Positions 1 to 8,870 of a stretch of 11,902 nucleotides of DNA are shown in pieces. The notes beneath the pieces are model-generated. The model was not told the DNA's origin. It saw only the letters and a list, made by a program, of their open reading frames with translations, and did not search any database. The stretch's first letter is position 1. Each line of letters opens with the position of its first letter. The stretch comes from Chthoniobacteraceae bacterium (lineage in GTDB: Bacteria > Verrucomicrobiota > Verrucomicrobiia > Chthoniobacterales > Chthoniobacteraceae). The position numbers and the translations under genes are program-made. The stretch is taken from assembly GCA_040081625.1 (NCBI GenBank), contig JBEBGD010000141.1:1-11902 (forward strand), in the 5' to 3' direction.

Positions 1-1
1 G

Positions 2-427
2 CTGTGGAAGGCGTGCGGGCCGACGATCGAGTCGCTGTGGGGGCGCGTCGCGCCAGGGCCCGCGCCTGCGGCGCCATCGCGACCGGGCTTCGGCGAGGGT
101 TCGGAGGGCTGGACCGAGAATGCCGTAGCGCTGCTGCGGATCGCGGCGCGGACGCGGGAGAAGGGGATCGCGCTGCGCGTGTGCCTGCTGCCGCATCCGT
201 CGAACTTCGCGAAGCAAACCGCGCGGCACGAACTCGTCGCGACCTTCTGCCGCGAGCACGGCATCGCGGTGAGCGATGCGTTGCCGCGTTTCATCGCCGC
301 GGGAAAATCTCCGCGCGCGTTTCGCCTGAACCTGGTGGATTCACACCCGAACGCCGCCTACAACGAAGTCGTCGCCGGCGTGATGTTCGACGCATTGACG
401 GCGGACGGCTTTCCTCCCACCCCATGA
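2..427 (+). CDS. SGNH/GDSL hydrolase-family protein, C-terminal part (5'-truncated by window edge)
   Basis: Frame 2 is open from base 2 (LWKACGPTIESLWGRV...GWTENAVALLRIAARTREKGIALRVCLLP...) to TGA 425-427. It ends with the SGNH block V catalytic motif D-S-H-P-N followed by an amphipathic helix (AAYNEVVAGVMFDAL). The stop overlaps the next ATG (ATGA 424-427). The ORF track 179..427 is only the tail of this frame. Confidence 0.75.
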   Translation: MWKACGPTIESLWGRVAPGPAPAAPSRPGFGEGSEGWTENAVALLRIAARTREKGIALRVCLLPHPSNFAKQTARHELVATFCREHGIAVSDALPRFIAAGKSPRAFRLNLVDSHPNAAYNEVVAGVMFDALTADGFPPTP

Positions 428-2268
428 CCCGCATCCTCGGTCTCTCAGCCTTTTACCACGACAGCGCCGCGGCGCTGGTGGTCGATGGCGATATCGTCGC
501 GGCGGCGCAGGAGGAGCGCTTCACGCGGATCAAGCACGACCACAACTTCCCGACGCACGCGGTGGACTACTGCCTGCGCGAAGCCGGGATCGAGCCGGAG
601 CAGATCGATCACGTCGTCTTTTACGACAAGCCGCTGCTCAAGTTCGACCGCCTGCTCGAGACGTATCTCGCGTTCGCTCCGAGCGGACTGCGTTCGTTCA
701 TGATGGCGATGCCGCTTTGGTTGAAGACGAAGCTGCATCTGCCGCGCGAGATTCGGAAGGCGCTCCACGGTCGCTTCAAGCGGCGCATCGCCTTCACCGG
801 CCACCACGAGAGCCACGCGGCGAGCGCGTTTTATCCGTCGCCGTTCGACGAAGCGGCGGTGCTCACGATGGATGGCGTCGGCGAATGGGACACGGCGTCG
901 ATCGGGCATGGAAAGGGCAACCGTCTCGACCTGCTCAAGACGCTTGAGTTTCCGCATTCGCTCGGGCTGCTCTACTCGGCGATCACGTATTTCTGCGGCT
1001 TCAAGGTGAACTCCGGCGAATACAAGCTCATGGGGCTCGCGCCTTATGGTGAGCCGCGTTTTGCGGGCGTGATCCGCGAGAAGCTGATGGACTTGCGCGA
1101 GGATGGTTCGTTCCGGCTCGACCTGCGCTACTTTAATTACTGCCAGGGGCTCACGATGACTTCGCCGGAGTTCGACACGCTCTTCGACGGCCCGCCAAGG
1201 CCCGCGGAGTCGATGATCACGCAGCGTGAGATGGATCTCGCGGCTTCGATCCAGCAGGTGACCGAGGAGATCGTGCTGCGGATGGCGCGCACGGCGAAGG
1301 CGCTCACCGGCGCGAAATATCTCTGTCTCGCCGGCGGCGTCGCTTTGAACTGCGTCGCCAATGGCGTGCTGCTGCGCGAGGGAATTCTCGACGACATCTG
1401 GATCCCCGCGCCCGCGGGCGATGCGGGCGGCGCGCTCGGCGCGGCGCTGTTCGTGCAGCATCATCTGCTCGACCGCGAGCGGAAGGCGCAGCCGGGCGAT
1501 TCGCTCAAGGGCGCGCTGCTCGGGCCGAAGTTCAGCAACGAAGAGATCCGCGCCTTTCTCGACGCGAAGTCGGTGCCGTATCACTTCCACGCGGATGAAC
1601 CGGAACTGATCGAGCGCGTGGTGACGGCGATGACGGAGGGAAAAGTCGTTGGCTGGTTTTGCGGGCGGATGGAGTTCGGGCCGCGCGCGCTCGGCGGGCG
1701 CTCGATCATCGGCGATGCGCGCAGCCCGGAGATGCAGAGCCAGATGAATCTGCGGATCAAGTATCGCGAGAGCTTCCGTCCCTTCGCGCCGAGCGCGCTG
1801 GCGGAGGATGCGGGCGAGCTGTTCGATCTCGACCGCGAGTCGCCCTACATGCTGCTGGTCGCGCCGGTGGCGCAGAAGCACTGGCTCCCGCTCACCGACG
1901 AGCAGCGCGCCTCGATGCGCGACCCGGACCTTTGCAAGCGCGTGAACGTGCCGCGCTCGACGGTGCCGGCGATCACGCACGTCGATATGAGCGCGCGAGT
2001 GCAGACGGTGAGCGAGGAGCGCAACGGGCGTTACTACCGGCTCATTCGCGAGTTCAAGCGGCAGACCGGCTGCGGGACGATCATCAACACGAGCTTCAAC
2101 ATCCGCGGCGAGCCGATCGTCTGCACGCCGCAGGATGCGTATCGCTGCTTCCTCGGCTGCGAGATGGACGTGCTCGTGTTGGAAAGCTGCGTGCTCTACA
2201 AGACCGAGCAGCCGCAGCTCACGGAGGAAGAGAAACAAAAATACGTGGCGAGTTTCACCCTCGACTGA
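424..2268 (+). CDS. O-carbamoyltransferase, NodU/CmcH/TobZ/SxtI family (614 aa)
   Basis: Starts at ATG 424 with the canonical N-terminus MTRILGLSAFYHDSAAALVVDGDIVAAAQEERFTRIKHD. Kae1-like metal motif HHESHAASAF, DGVGE, GEYKLMGLAPYG, LAGGVALNCVANG, GDAGGALG. YrdC-like C-domain with GRMEFGPRALGGRSI, KYRESFRPFAP, THVDMSARVQTV, NTSFNIRGEPIV. The extra 140 N-terminal aa in the ORF track are off-frame read-through of the upstream gene. Confidence 0.95.
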   Translation: MTRILGLSAFYHDSAAALVVDGDIVAAAQEERFTRIKHDHNFPTHAVDYCLREAGIEPEQIDHVVFYDKPLLKFDRLLETYLAFAPSGLRSFMMAMPLWLKTKLHLPREIRKALHGRFKRRIAFTGHHESHAASAFYPSPFDEAAVLTMDGVGEWDTASIGHGKGNRLDLLKTLEFPHSLGLLYSAITYFCGFKVNSGEYKLMGLAPYGEPRFAGVIREKLMDLREDGSFRLDLRYFNYCQGLTMTSPEFDTLFDGPPRPAESMITQREMDLAASIQQVTEEIVLRMARTAKALTGAKYLCLAGGVALNCVANGVLLREGILDDIWIPAPAGDAGGALGAALFVQHHLLDRERKAQPGDSLKGALLGPKFSNEEIRAFLDAKSVPYHFHADEPELIERVVTAMTEGKVVGWFCGRMEFGPRALGGRSIIGDARSPEMQSQMNLRIKYRESFRPFAPSALAEDAGELFDLDRESPYMLLVAPVAQKHWLPLTDEQRASMRDPDLCKRVNVPRSTVPAITHVDMSARVQTVSEERNGRYYRLIREFKRQTGCGTIINTSFNIRGEPIVCTPQDAYRCFLGCEMDVLVLESCVLYKTEQPQLTEEEKQKYVASFTLD

Positions 2269-2274
2269 CGCGCG

Positions 2275-2712
2275 ATGATCAACCCCTTCAAAGACACCAA
2301 CTGGAATCCCGACCTCGCCGCGCGGCGTGGCTTTGCAAAGTCGCTGATGATCGGCTTCCCGGTGATCGCGCTCATCTTCACGCTGATCGGCTGGCTCAAT
2401 ACGCACACCATCCCGGCGTGGACGCTGTGGCTCGCGGCGATCGGCGCGGGCGCGGGGCTTGTGTTCTGGCTCGTGCCGCAGATCGCAAAGCCGTTTTATC
2501 TCGGCTGGTATTTCATCGCGTGCTGCATGGGCATCGTGGTGAGCAATCTCCTCATCGCGGCGTTCTATTATCTCGTGATCACGCCGACCGGGCTGATCAT
2601 GCGCGCGCTTGGCCGCGACCCGATGACGCGACGGTGGGAGAAGTCGCGCGCGAGTTACTGGCGTGACGCGGAGAAGATCGCCGACCCGAAGCGCTACTGG
2701 CGGCAGTTCTGA
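2275..2712 (+). CDS. SxtJ-family small membrane protein
   Basis: 145 aa with 3-4 hydrophobic segments. The pattern FYYLVITPTGLIMRALGRDPM...SYW...RQF matches what I recall of SxtJ-like proteins that follow SxtI-type carbamoyltransferases. It starts 6 bp after the carbamoyltransferase stop. Confidence 0.8.
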   Translation: MINPFKDTNWNPDLAARRGFAKSLMIGFPVIALIFTLIGWLNTHTIPAWTLWLAAIGAGAGLVFWLVPQIAKPFYLGWYFIACCMGIVVSNLLIAAFYYLVITPTGLIMRALGRDPMTRRWEKSRASYWRDAEKIADPKRYWRQF

Positions 2713-2733
2713 GCGGGATCGCCTAACGCTCAG
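2709..2733. terminator. Weak hairpin spanning both convergent stop codons
   Basis: CTGAGCG (2709-2715) pairs with CGCTCAG (2727-2733), 11-nt loop, no U-tract. Includes the TGA of the SxtJ-like gene and the stop of gcvP. Confidence 0.25.
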
Positions 2734-5642
2734 GCCGGCGAGGACGCCTCCCCTCCGTGGGGCACGCACGCGCAGAAAAGATTCCGGTCGCCCCAGACGT
2801 TGTCGATGCGGCCGACGGCGGGCCAGAACTTGTGCTCGCGCAGCCACGGCGCGGGATACGCGGCCTGCTCGCGCGAATACGGACGCGTCCATTCGGTTGC
2901 GGTGGCGGACTGCGCGGTGTGCGGCGCGTTCTTGAGCGGGTTGTCCACCGCATCGAGCGCGCCGCTTTCCACCGCGGCCATCTCGGCGTGGATGGCGATG
3001 AGCGCTTCGCAGAAGCGGTCGATCTCCGGCTTCGACTCGCTCTCGGTCGGCTCGATCATGAGCGTGCCGGCGACGGGCCAGCTCAGCGTCGGCGCGTGAA
3101 AGCCGAAATCCATGAGCCGCTTCGCCACGTCCTCGGCGGTCGTCTTCTTGAAGCCGCGCAGGTCGAGGATGCACTCGTGCGCGACGAGACCGTTCGCGCC
3201 TTTGTAGAGCACGGGGAAAAAAGGATCGAGCCGGCGCGCGATGTAGTTCGCGTTGAGGATCGCGAGCTTCGTCGCCCCGGTGAGCCCTTCGCCGCCCATC
3301 ATGCGGATGTAAGTCCATGGGATGACGAGGATGGACGCGCTGCCGAGCGGCGCGGCGCTGATCGCGCCGACGGTGGTCTTCGAGCCGCGCGCGGGGAGGA
3401 AAGGCACGAGATGTTTTGCGACGCAGATCGGGCCGACGCCGGGGCCGCCGCCACCGTGCGGGATGCAGAAGGTCTTGTGCAGATTGAGATGGCACACGTC
3501 CGCGCCGATGCGGCCGGGGCTGGTGAGGCCGACCTGCGCGTTCATGTTCGCGCCGTCCATATAGACCTGCCCGCCGTGCGCGTGGATGAGCGCGCAGATT
3601 TCCACGATCGTCTCCTCGAAGACACCATGCGTGCTCGGGTAGGTGACCATGAGCGCGGCGAGATGTTTCCCGTGCTGCGTAGCCTTCGCGCGGAGGTCGG
3701 CGACGTCGATGTCGCCATCGGCGCTGCACGCGACGGTGACGACTTTCATGCCGCACATCACGGCGCTCGCGGGGTTCGTGCCGTGCGCGCTCGTGGGGAT
3801 GAGGCAGATGTCGCGGTGCACTTCGCCGCGCGACTCGTGATATTTACGAATGACGAGCAGGCCCGCGTATTCGCCCTGCGAGCCGGCATTCGGCTCGAGC
3901 GAAGTGCCGGCGAATCCGGTGATCTCCGAGAGCCACGACTCGAGCTGGCGGGAGAGAGCGGCGTAGCCCTGCGCCTGATCCGGCGGGCAGAATGGATGCA
4001 ACGTGCCGAACTGCGGCCACGTGACGGGCAGCATCTCGCTCGTCGCGTTCAGCTTCATCGTGCATGAGCCGAGCGGGATCATGCTCGTCGTGAGCGAGAG
4101 ATCCTTCGCTTCGAGCCGGCGCACGTAGCGCAGCATCTCGTGCTCGGTGTGGTAGCGGTTGAAGACGGGATGCGCGAGGAACGCTGAGGTGCGCGACGCG
4201 GAGGGCGAAGTGATGAGCGCCTGCGGTGCGAGCAACTCCGGCGTGAAGCCCGGATCGGCTCCGCCGTGGAAGACGGTGAACAGCGCGCGGAGTTGGTGGC
4301 GATCGATCGTTTCGCCGAACGAGATGAGGATCGAACTGGTGCCGAACGCGCGTAGGTTCATCTCCGCGGCAAGCGCGGCGCGGAGGATTTCGTCGCGGCG
4401 CGCGGGCGTCTCGAGATCGACGCGGACGGTGTCGAAGAACGGGCCTTCGGGCACGCGGAAGCCGAGCGCGCGCAGGCCGGCGGCGAGCATTTCCGCGTAG
4501 AGATGGATGCGCTGCGCGATGCGGCGCAGGCCGTCGGGGCCGTGATAGACGGCATACATCGATGCCATCACCGCGAGGAGCACCTGCGCGGTGCAGATGT
4601 TCGAGGTGGCCTTGTCGCGGCGGATGTGTTGCTCGCGCGTCTGCAGCGAGAGGCGGTAGGCGGGATTGCCGTGCGCGTCCCTGCTGACGCCGACGAGCCG
4701 GCCGGGGAGCAGGCGCTTGTGTTCATCCTTCACCGCGAGGAAGCCCGCGTGCGGTCCGCCGAAGCCCATCGGCACGCCGAAACGCTGCGCGCTCCCGACG
4801 GCGATATCCGCGCCGAATTCCCCCGGCGGTCGCAGCACGCAGAGCGCGAGCGGATCGGCCGCGCAGATCGTCACCGCGCCGGCGGCGTGCGCCTTCTCGA
4901 AGAACGGCGCGTAGTCGCGGATGACGCCGGTCGTGTCGGGATACTGCACGAGCACGGCGAAGACTTTCTTTTGCGCGAACGCGAACGTGTCGTCGGTCTT
5001 CGCGAGGTCGATGGTCGATTCGTCGCCGACGATGACGTGGATGCCGAGCGCGTCGGCGCGCGTGCGGACGACGTCGATGGTCTGCGGGTGGCAGCCTTGC
5101 GAGATGAAGATCGCATTCACCGCGTCGTCCCTGTGGATCGCGCGCGCTATCGCGATCGCCTCTGCGGCGGCGGTGCCTTCGTCGAGGAGCGACGCGTTCG
5201 CGATGTCGAGCGCGGTGAGGTCACAGATCATCTGCTGGAAGTTGACGAGCGCTTCCATGCGGCCCTGCGAGATCTCGGCCTGATACGGCGTGTAGGCGGT
5301 ATACCAGCCGGGATTCTCAAGGATGTTTCGCCGCACCACCGGCGGCGTGATCGTCTCGCTGTAGCCCTGGCCGAGGTAGTTGCGGAAGAGCTTGTTCTTC
5401 GACGCGATCGCGCGCAGTTCCGCGAGAGTTTCGTATTCGCCGCGGCCGGGCGGAAGTGCGAGCGGCTTTGTGCTGCGGATGGCCGCCGGCACCGCGGCGC
5501 CGATGAGCGCGTCGAGCCGCGTGAAGCCGCAAGTTTCCAACATCTGCGCGATCTCGTGCGGGCCGCTGCCGAGATGACGCGGCACGAAATTATCGGTCGG
5601 CGGAAGGAGATCGATGGCGCGGGGCGCAGGCGGTTCGTGCAT
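2730..5642 (-). CDS. gcvP: Glycine dehydrogenase (decarboxylating), glycine cleavage P protein, single-chain form
   Basis: 970 aa. Motifs [97 protein letters not shown]-lysine [41 protein letters not shown]. Confidence 0.98.
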   Translation of the reverse strand: MHEPPAPRAIDLLPPTDNFVPRHLGSGPHEIAQMLETCGFTRLDALIGAAVPAAIRSTKPLALPPGRGEYETLAELRAIASKNKLFRNYLGQGYSETITPPVVRRNILENPGWYTAYTPYQAEISQGRMEALVNFQQMICDLTALDIANASLLDEGTAAAEAIAIARAIHRDDAVNAIFISQGCHPQTIDVVRTRADALGIHVIVGDESTIDLAKTDDTFAFAQKKVFAVLVQYPDTTGVIRDYAPFFEKAHAAGAVTICAADPLALCVLRPPGEFGADIAVGSAQRFGVPMGFGGPHAGFLAVKDEHKRLLPGRLVGVSRDAHGNPAYRLSLQTREQHIRRDKATSNICTAQVLLAVMASMYAVYHGPDGLRRIAQRIHLYAEMLAAGLRALGFRVPEGPFFDTVRVDLETPARRDEILRAALAAEMNLRAFGTSSILISFGETIDRHQLRALFTVFHGGADPGFTPELLAPQALITSPSASRTSAFLAHPVFNRYHTEHEMLRYVRRLEAKDLSLTTSMIPLGSCTMKLNATSEMLPVTWPQFGTLHPFCPPDQAQGYAALSRQLESWLSEITGFAGTSLEPNAGSQGEYAGLLVIRKYHESRGEVHRDICLIPTSAHGTNPASAVMCGMKVVTVACSADGDIDVADLRAKATQHGKHLAALMVTYPSTHGVFEETIVEICALIHAHGGQVYMDGANMNAQVGLTSPGRIGADVCHLNLHKTFCIPHGGGGPGVGPICVAKHLVPFLPARGSKTTVGAISAAPLGSASILVIPWTYIRMMGGEGLTGATKLAILNANYIARRLDPFFPVLYKGANGLVAHECILDLRGFKKTTAEDVAKRLMDFGFHAPTLSWPVAGTLMIEPTESESKPEIDRFCEALIAIHAEMAAVESGALDAVDNPLKNAPHTAQSATATEWTRPYSREQAAYPAPWLREHKFWPAVGRIDNVWGDRNLFCACVPHGGEASSPA

Positions 5643-5648
5643 CGGCGC

Positions 5649-5676
5649 AGGCTAGGAACACCGCCGCGCGCGGCAA
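5649..5676 (-). promoter_or_regulatory. Putative sigma70 promoter giving a leaderless gcvP transcript
   Basis: Minus strand: TTGCCG (5676-5671), 16-nt spacer, TAGCCT (5654-5649), 6 nt, ATG (5642). No SD-like sequence upstream of the ATG. Confidence 0.55.
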
Positions 5677-5733
5677 GCGGATTGCCACCGGGCGCGCAGC
5701 TTTCCGGGTAAACACGCGCGACACACCAAAGCA

Positions 5734-5762
5734 TTGACGCTTCGCCTCAAGTCCTGAACAGT
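5734..5762 (+). promoter_or_regulatory. Putative sigma70 promoter for the small gene / pyr operon
   Basis: TTGACG at 5734-5739, 17-nt spacer, weak -10 AACAGT at 5757-5762, 15 nt before ATG 5778, in a locally A-richer intergenic stretch. Confidence 0.4.
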
Positions 5763-5777
5763 GCGCGCCGCCAACCA

Positions 5778-5993
5778 ATGAGCACTTCCGAATCATCCCC
5801 CGACCTCGTGAAGGAGTCGCTCCTCTACAAGGAGTTCCTTGCGGAGCGTGAGGAAATCCTCCGCCACAAATGGATCGAGAGCGAGAAAGCCGGTCAGGAC
5901 ATCGGCTTCGAGCGCGCGCTGCTCGACTGGATCATCAAGCATCGCAGCGCGTGGCGGACAAAGCGCGCGAACGAATCCTCGCGGAACAACTGA
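5778..5993 (+). CDS. Small stand-alone DUF4032-like protein (71 aa)
   Basis: Native-looking codon usage. EEILRHKWIESEKAGQDIGFERALLDW resembles the EILEHKWYLSEKAGRDVG motif I recall from DUF4032 proteins. Function unknown. Confidence 0.75.
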   Translation: MSTSESSPDLVKESLLYKEFLAEREEILRHKWIESEKAGQDIGFERALLDWIIKHRSAWRTKRANESSRNN

Positions 5994-6018
5994 TGCCCGA
6001 CTGACGCATCACCTCCGC

Positions 6019-6056
6019 GCTCCTTTAAGACGGCCCCGCGAGGCCGCCAAGGAAGC
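6019..6056 (+). promoter_or_regulatory. PyrR-binding RNA element (cis-regulatory hairpin)
   Basis: GCTCCTTTAAGACGGCCCCGCGAGGCCGCCAAGGAAGC contains the conserved CCUUUAA segment, upper stem CGGCC/GGCCG (6031-6035/6042-6046), CNGNGA hexaloop CCGCGA (6036-6041) and lower stem TCCTT/AAGGA. It lies directly before the pyrR ATG. Confidence 0.88.
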
Positions 6057-6625
<569 letters not shown>

Positions 6626-6629
<4 letters not shown>

Positions 6630-7558
6630 AGACCGACTGGACGCGCAAAGACCTCGTCGGATTGCAGGAGCTGAGCGCGGCGGAGATCGGGCACGTGCTC
6701 GACACCGCGGCGGCGTTCAAGGACGTGGGCACGCGCGAGATCAAGAAAGTGCCGGCGCTGCGCGGCCGCACGATGGTGAACTTTTTCGTCGAGCCGAGCA
6801 CGCGCACGCGCGTCTCGTTCGAGCTCGCCGCGTTTCGCCTGAGCGCGGACGTGATCAATGTGAGCGCCTCGACTTCCTCGCTGACCAAGGGCGAGACGCT
6901 CAAGGACACCGCGCTCAACCTCCAGGCGCTGCACGCCGACATCATCGTGCTGCGGCACGCGAGCGCGGGCGCGGCGCAGTTTCTCGCCGAGCGGCTCGAG
7001 GCGTGCGTCGTCAATGCCGGCGACGGCGCGCACGAGCATCCCACGCAGGCGCTGCTCGACACGTTTACGATCCGCGAACGCAAGGGCCGCATCGACGGGC
7101 TGCACGTCGCGATCATTGGCGACATTCTTTTCAGCCGTGTCGCGCGGTCGAACATCCACGCACTCACCAAGCTCGGCGCGAAGGTCACGCTCGTGGGCCC
7201 GAGCACGCTGGTGCCGCGGGAGTTCGAGGCGCTCGGTTGCACGGTGACGCACGACATCGACGCGGTGCTGCCGGAGGTCGATGTGGTGAACCTGCTGCGC
7301 ATCCAGCACGAGCGGCAGCGGAAGGAATACTTCCCGAGCCTCGGCGAATACACCGCGCTCTTCGGCCTCACGAAGCAGCGCGCCGAGCGGCTGAAGCCCG
7401 ACGCGCTGATCATGCATCCCGGCCCGATCAATCGCGGCGTGGAGATCGACAGCGACGTGGCCGACAGCGGGCGCAGCGTGATCCTCGATCAAGTCACCAA
7501 CGGCCTCGCCGTTCGAATGGCCGTCCTTTACCTCTGCGCCGGAGCCCGCCAGCCATGA
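6626..7558 (+). CDS. pyrB: Aspartate carbamoyltransferase catalytic subunit
   Basis: [14 protein letters not shown] carbamoyl-phosphate motif, [59 protein letters not shown] overlap with pyrR. Confidence 0.98.
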
Positions 7559-8817
7559 GCGCTCTGCTGCTGAAGAACGGCCGCATCATCGACCCCGCGA
7601 ATCGCCGCGATGAAATCGGCGACGTTCACATCGTGGATGGGCGCATCGCTGCCAGCGGTGGAACCGAGACGATCGACTGCACCGGCAAGATCATCGCGCC
7701 CGGCTTGATCGATCTGCACGTTCACTTCCGCGAGCCGGGGCAGGGCGCGAAGGAGACGATCGCGACCGGGACGCGCGCGGCGGCGGCGGGCGGATTCACG
7801 AGCGTGGTGTGCATGCCGAATACTTCGCCGACGATCGACAGCCCGAGCGTCGTCGCGTGGGTGCAGGACAAGGCGGCGGCGGAGGGTTGCGTGAACGTTT
7901 TTGTGACCGGCGCGATCACGAAGGGCATCGCGGGCGAGGAACTGGCGCCGATCGGTTCGCTGAAAAAAGCGGGCGTCGTCGCGCTGACCGACGACGGACG
8001 CTGCATCCAGAATCACGAACTGATGCGGCGCGCGCTCGAGTATGCGGGAATGTTCGACCTCGTCGTGATGGACCACTGCCAGGACTACAACCTCGTCGGC
8101 AAAGGCGTGATGCACGAGGGCGCGGTGAGCGCGCAACTCGGGCTGCCGGGCTGGCCGGCGATCGGCGAGGAGATCATCGTCGCGCGGAATGCGCAGCTCG
8201 CTGAGCTGACCGGCACGGCGATTCACTGCCAGCACCTCAGCGCCGCGGGCAGCGTGCGAATCCTGCGCGAGGCGCGCGCACGCGGCGTGCGGCTGAGCGG
8301 CGAAGTCTGCCCGCACCACATCGCGCTGACGGACGAGTCGATCCGCGGCTACGACACCAACTTCAAAATGAACCCGCCGCTGCGCTCGCAGGCGCACGTC
8401 GATGCGCTGATCGAGGGCATCGCCGACGGCACGATCACCGTGCTCGCGAGCGATCACGCGCCACACTGCGGCTACGAAAAGGAAGTCGAATTCGACCAGG
8501 CGCCGTTCGGCATCCTCGGACTGGAAACGGAACTGGGCCTGTTCATCGACATCCTCGTCCACAAGCGGAAGGCGATCGACCTGCCGCGGCTCATCCAGCT
8601 CTACACGCAGAATCCCGCGCAGCTTCTCGGCCTCGACCGCGGCACGCTCAACGTCGGCGCGGTCGCGGACGTGACGATCATCGACGCCGGGCTCGAATGG
8701 ACCGTGGACAAAAGTGCGAGCGAGAGCCGCAGCCGGAACAACCCTTTCCACGGCTGGCAGATCAAGGGCCGCGCGGTGCGGACGATCGTCGGCGGCAAGA
8801 CCGTGTGGGCGCCGTAA
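7555..8817 (+). CDS. pyrC: Dihydroorotase, long (type I) form, 420 aa
   Basis: Starts at ATG 7555 (ATGA overlap with the pyrB stop): [16 protein letters not shown]. Metal and catalytic residues are intact: [37 protein letters not shown]. The ORF track start at 6274 is spurious read-through. Confidence 0.96.
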   Translation: MSALLLKNGRIIDPANRRDEIGDVHIVDGRIAASGGTETIDCTGKIIAPGLIDLHVHFREPGQGAKETIATGTRAAAAGGFTSVVCMPNTSPTIDSPSVVAWVQDKAAAEGCVNVFVTGAITKGIAGEELAPIGSLKKAGVVALTDDGRCIQNHELMRRALEYAGMFDLVVMDHCQDYNLVGKGVMHEGAVSAQLGLPGWPAIGEEIIVARNAQLAELTGTAIHCQHLSAAGSVRILREARARGVRLSGEVCPHHIALTDESIRGYDTNFKMNPPLRSQAHVDALIEGIADGTITVLASDHAPHCGYEKEVEFDQAPFGILGLETELGLFIDILVHKRKAIDLPRLIQLYTQNPAQLLGLDRGTLNVGAVADVTIIDAGLEWTVDKSASESRSRNNPFHGWQIKGRAVRTIVGGKTVWAP

Positions 8818-8832
8818 GCGGACGCGCGGCCC

Positions 8833-8862
8833 GTGGCTCACGTCGAGGCAAACGTGAGCCAC
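8833..8862. terminator. Perfect inverted repeat between convergent genes (bidirectional terminator or REP-like element)
   Basis: GTGGCTCACGT (8833-8843), 8-nt loop, ACGTGAGCCAC (8852-8862). It sits in the 53-bp gap between the pyrC stop and the large minus-strand gene stop. No U-tract on either side. Confidence 0.6.
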
Positions 8863-8870
8863 AGACTCCG

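Noticed and set aside
4..423. 140-aa N-terminal extension of the carbamoyltransferase in the ORF track (754 aa)
   Set aside because: Arg/Ala-rich off-frame translation of the upstream SGNH gene. The family N-terminus begins at ATG 424 with an ATGA overlap.
424..2712. Saxitoxin biosynthesis cluster
   Set aside because: Only sxtI/J/L-like families are present, and these are widespread. No sxtA, sxtG, sxtB or other core genes are in the window, and the DNA does not look cyanobacterial.
445..3756. 1103-aa minus-strand ORF and other long overlapping ORFs (1659..2666, 2757..4067, 4503..5711, 6566..7492, 7528..9078, 10285..11388)
   Set aside because: Shadow ORFs expected in high-GC3 DNA: Arg/His/Ala-rich, no motifs, and fully overlapping well-supported genes.
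5643..5777. Glycine riboswitch upstream of gcvP
   Set aside because: No recognisable aptamer motifs, the space is short, and the promoter match sits directly against the start codon.
5994..6056. Bacillus-type pyr transcription attenuator (terminator/antiterminator)
   Set aside because: No terminator hairpin with a U-tract between the binding loop and the ATG. The loop abuts the start codon.
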